Shown: positions 16,159 through 18,135 of the stretch, piece after piece
How positions within the stretch are numbered: position 1 is the stretch's first letter
How the letters are laid out: each line of letters opens with the position of its first letter
Source: Candidatus Bathyarchaeia archaeon
GTDB taxonomy: Archaea > Thermoproteota > Bathyarchaeia > Bathyarchaeales > Bathycorpusculaceae
Reading direction: 5' to 3'
Assembly (NCBI GenBank): GCA_049515895.1
Contig: JBEKTQ010000033.1
Coordinates: forward strand, 1 to 18,135
Length of the DNA: 18,135 nucleotides
The notes under the pieces: model-generated
Database searches by the model: none
Told to the model about the DNA's origin: nothing
Seen by the model: only the letters and a program-made list of their open reading frames with translations
Program-made: the position numbers and the translations under genes

Positions 16159-16320
16159 ATGACCAAAGACAAATCTGCCAAATTGAACAAGAAGAAAAAC
16201 TCTCGAGAAACAACAAGGTTGCTTGCTGAAGGATACAAAGAAAACGCTGAAGAAGACCTAGCCATAGCAAAAGATTTTGAAGCGGCTGAAAATGAACTGG
16301 AGAAAAACTGCGACAAGTAG
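16159..16320 (+). CDS. Small antitoxin-like protein (EndoAI/MazE-type C-terminal helix), orphan
   Basis: 53 aa. LAEGYKENAEEDLAIAKDFEAAE resembles the GY-x-EMA toxin-binding helix of EndoAI-type antitoxins. No DNA-binding N-terminus and no mazF downstream. Confidence 0.5.
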   Translation: MTKDKSAKLNKKKNSRETTRLLAEGYKENAEEDLAIAKDFEAAENELEKNCDK

Positions 16321-16633
16321 GACAGATATTGTTAGGGCTGAGTTTACTCAACAATACTAACGATTATTTAAAAATCTGCTAATTCTTTGGATAACATGTA
16401 TCTTCCTGTATGCGCAACGCACCTTATATCCAGTGCATAAGGTATACTAAAGTTTGAAACAAAACCGATAAAAATCACAAATGTGACACGAGTTACGTTA
16501 GGAGATTACGCGAAGTCTTCTTTTGGTGATTATTGTCTGCTTATTGATTCTTAGCGAAATTTCCATCGGTCTTTCGGTTCACAGCTTTCAAGCCAGCCGC
16601 TTATTTGATAAAGTTTGCTTTCTGGGTTATTTT

Positions 16634-16891
16634 TCAAATAAGCTTATTGAACTCATCAACTGAAAGATCAACTTCTTTGATAATAGTTCTCAACATTCCC
16701 TTTCCTATAGGTTTGTGTGCTGGAACAACCACCATAATCTCGTTTTTTCTACAACCAAACAAAGAATTATATTTCTCTTTTTCAGAAAGGCGCATGACAA
16801 TATGACTACCTTTCTTGTTGTTAACAACATAGCCTATATTTATCAGAGCTTTGACTACCTTTTCATAGTCCACCGGAGTTAATTTAGACAC
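16634..16891 (-). CDS. hicA: HicA-family toxin (mRNA interferase)
   Basis: GTG at 16891 overlaps the hicB stop: MSKLTPVDYEKVVKALINIGY...KGSHIVM...VVVPAHKPIGKGMLRTIIKE. The catalytic GSH is present. Confidence 0.92.
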   Translation of the reverse strand: MSKLTPVDYEKVVKALINIGYVVNNKKGSHIVMRLSEKEKYNSLFGCRKNEIMVVVPAHKPIGKGMLRTIIKEVDLSVDEFNKLI

Positions 16892-17087
16892 TAACTTGCA
16901 CCGATTCGATGGGTACTGGATCGCCATGTTCCTTTAGAGCTTCAAGATATGCTTGGATTGCTTCTTTGACGTTTTTCATCAGTTCTTCTCTTGTTCTGCC
17001 TTCTGTGGCACAACCTGGTAAATCAGGAACTTTTGCGACAAGAACGCCATCTTCGTCCTTTTCGATAATTACCCTGTACTGAAGCAT
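16884..17087 (-). CDS. hicB: HicB-family antitoxin (short form)
   Basis: YRVIIEKDEDG...VPDLPGCATEGRTREELMKNVKEAIQAYLE...GDPVP is the HicB consensus. Confidence 0.93.
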   Translation of the reverse strand: MLQYRVIIEKDEDGVLVAKVPDLPGCATEGRTREELMKNVKEAIQAYLEALKEHGDPVPIESVQVSV

Positions 17088-17109
17088 ATGTTTTCATATA
17101 GCTTGGAAA

Positions 17110-17124
17110 TTCTTAAGCCTTCGC
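17110..17124 (-). promoter_or_regulatory. BRE/TATA promoter for a leaderless hicBA transcript
   Basis: The minus strand reads GCGAAGG-CTTAAGAA, with the TATA-like element 23-30 nt upstream of the hicB ATG and no SD. Confidence 0.55.
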
Positions 17125-17188
17125 TTTCCAAAACCCAATTCTTCCCTTTGAAAAATAATATTGTTAAAACTTTAGCAACCACTTATTA

Positions 17189-17272
17189 TCACTCAACGCC
17201 TGTGGAGCCTTCATGATTCAGCCAAGCCCTGATCCGTATTGGTATGTTTTGATCGATCAAAATCGGCGTCAA
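17189..17272 (-). pseudogene. Truncated DUF5615-type PIN toxin N-terminus
   Basis: TTG start 18 nt after the DUF433 stop gives MTPILIDQNIPIRIRAWLNHEGSTGVE* (27 aa), matching the start of DUF5615 PINs (ILxDENxP), the usual DUF433 partner. Confidence 0.7.
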
Positions 17273-17290
17273 AGAATGTTCCTCTGCCCT

Positions 17291-17518
17291 TTACACAGGA
17301 ATGATTTCTTCACGATCAAGGCATTTAGATGCGTACAACAGCGCGGCTTTTATGTCCTCTTTCTTTAGATCGGGATAGTCTTCTAATATCTCAGTTTCCG
17401 TGGCCCCGTTTGCTAAGAGTTGAATAATAAGGTTCACTGTGATGCGAGTACCTTTGATGACTGGCTTGCCAACCATTATTTCAGGGTCTATAATGATCCT
17501 GTCCATCAGCTCTTCCAT
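17291..17518 (-). CDS. DUF433-family antitoxin
   Basis: IIIDPEIMVGKPVIKGTRITV...GATETEILEDYPDLKKEDIKAALLYA is the DUF433 consensus. Confidence 0.92.
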   Translation of the reverse strand: MEELMDRIIIDPEIMVGKPVIKGTRITVNLIIQLLANGATETEILEDYPDLKKEDIKAALLYASKCLDREEIIPV

Positions 17519-17772
17519 TCAAATCACTTTGTTCTTATGAACGATATCAGCGAATATCTTATCGGCTGGGTAGTATATGAGGATGTACACGCATGTTAAG
17601 GTTTTTCGAATTAAAAGAGTCTTTGGTTATCATGAGCTCAAACGAGCCTTCCATGAATGCTGCATAAAGATGACAACGGCAAAAACAAATAATTGGGCGG
17701 CTATGCAGCTAATGCTAAAGCTGTGACGCAGTCTTCGTGGTAGCTTTCTGGCTAGATTCAGAATTATTTTTG

Positions 17773-18135
17773 TTATAAGGTTTCATTGAATTTTTTGATT
17801 TGTTCGGATGCGTTGGGTTTGAGGGTTTCACCGTGCCCAGGTAACATGATGTCGAAGTTTAGCGTGGATGCTTTGGCTATTGATTCTCTTACTTGATTTG
17901 GGTCCACGCTGAAGTTTTCGGGTGCGCCGCTCACTTTTTTGCCGTCGTATCGAAGTGTGTCGCCTGCGAACAGAACTCTTCTTTCTTCATCTAGCAGCAT
18001 TATGCTACCCGGAGTGTGTCCTGGCGTGTGGATGACGGTTAGGCCTGCGATTTTGTCGCCTTCTTTGAGGATTACGTCAACTTGGACAGGTGCAGGTTTG
18101 ACGAAGGATGAAACGGCTCTGAACAGGACGTTTTT
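17773..18135 (-). CDS. MBL-fold metallo-hydrolase, C-terminal part (truncated by window)
   Basis: The frame is open to the window end: LKEGDKIAGLTVIHTPGHTPGSI...LFAGDTL...MLPGHG. Confidence 0.92.
   Translation of the reverse strand, partial: KNVLFRAVSSFVKPAPVQVDVILKEGDKIAGLTVIHTPGHTPGSIMLLDEERRVLFAGDTLRYDGKKVSGAPENFSVDPNQVRESIAKASTLNFDIMLPGHGETLKPNASEQIKKFNETL

Noticed and set aside
16480-16630. Short minus-strand coding-like stretch (NPESKLYQISGWLESCEPKDRWKFR*)
   Set aside because: Too short, with no start and no recognisable family.
16892-16927. ORF-track N-terminal extension of HicA (MAIQYPSNRCKL)
   Set aside because: It lies inside hicB; GTG at 16891 gives the typical MSKL start with a normal stop/start overlap.

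Overview
Archaeal accessory or defence-island-like region. Archaeal BRE/TATA promoters, leaderless genes, TTG/GTG/ATA starts and NurA/HerA suggest a TACK lineage, possibly Bathyarchaeia (inferred). The core (3419-9334) is a translationally coupled mre11-rad50-nurA-herA operon that does not look like the housekeeping one. Its Rad50-like ATPase has no CxxC zinc hook and instead carries a ~44-aa hydrophobic two-helix membrane hairpin at the coiled-coil apex. The nuclease/ATPase pair has YhaO/YhaN (SbcF/SbcE)-type motifs, and mre11 appears to start at a non-canonical ATA. A decayed C-terminal fragment of a canonical rad50 lies divergently just upstream. To the left is the end of a second SMC-like ATPase gene, followed by a probable winged-helix protein and a PARP-type zinc-finger/coiled-coil protein. 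To the right are a small hypothetical, a possibly frameshifted HEPN (RxxxxH) protein and a PD-(D/E)xK nuclease. The right third is partly more GC-rich and holds a RanBP2-zinc-finger pseudogene, a LEA_2 protein and a 727-aa cell-surface protein. It also holds a toxin-antitoxin cluster (intact hicBA, a vapC remnant, an orphan EndoAI-like antitoxin, DUF433 with a truncated DUF5615 PIN) and a partial MBL-fold hydrolase. All family calls come from reading motifs by eye, not from database searches.
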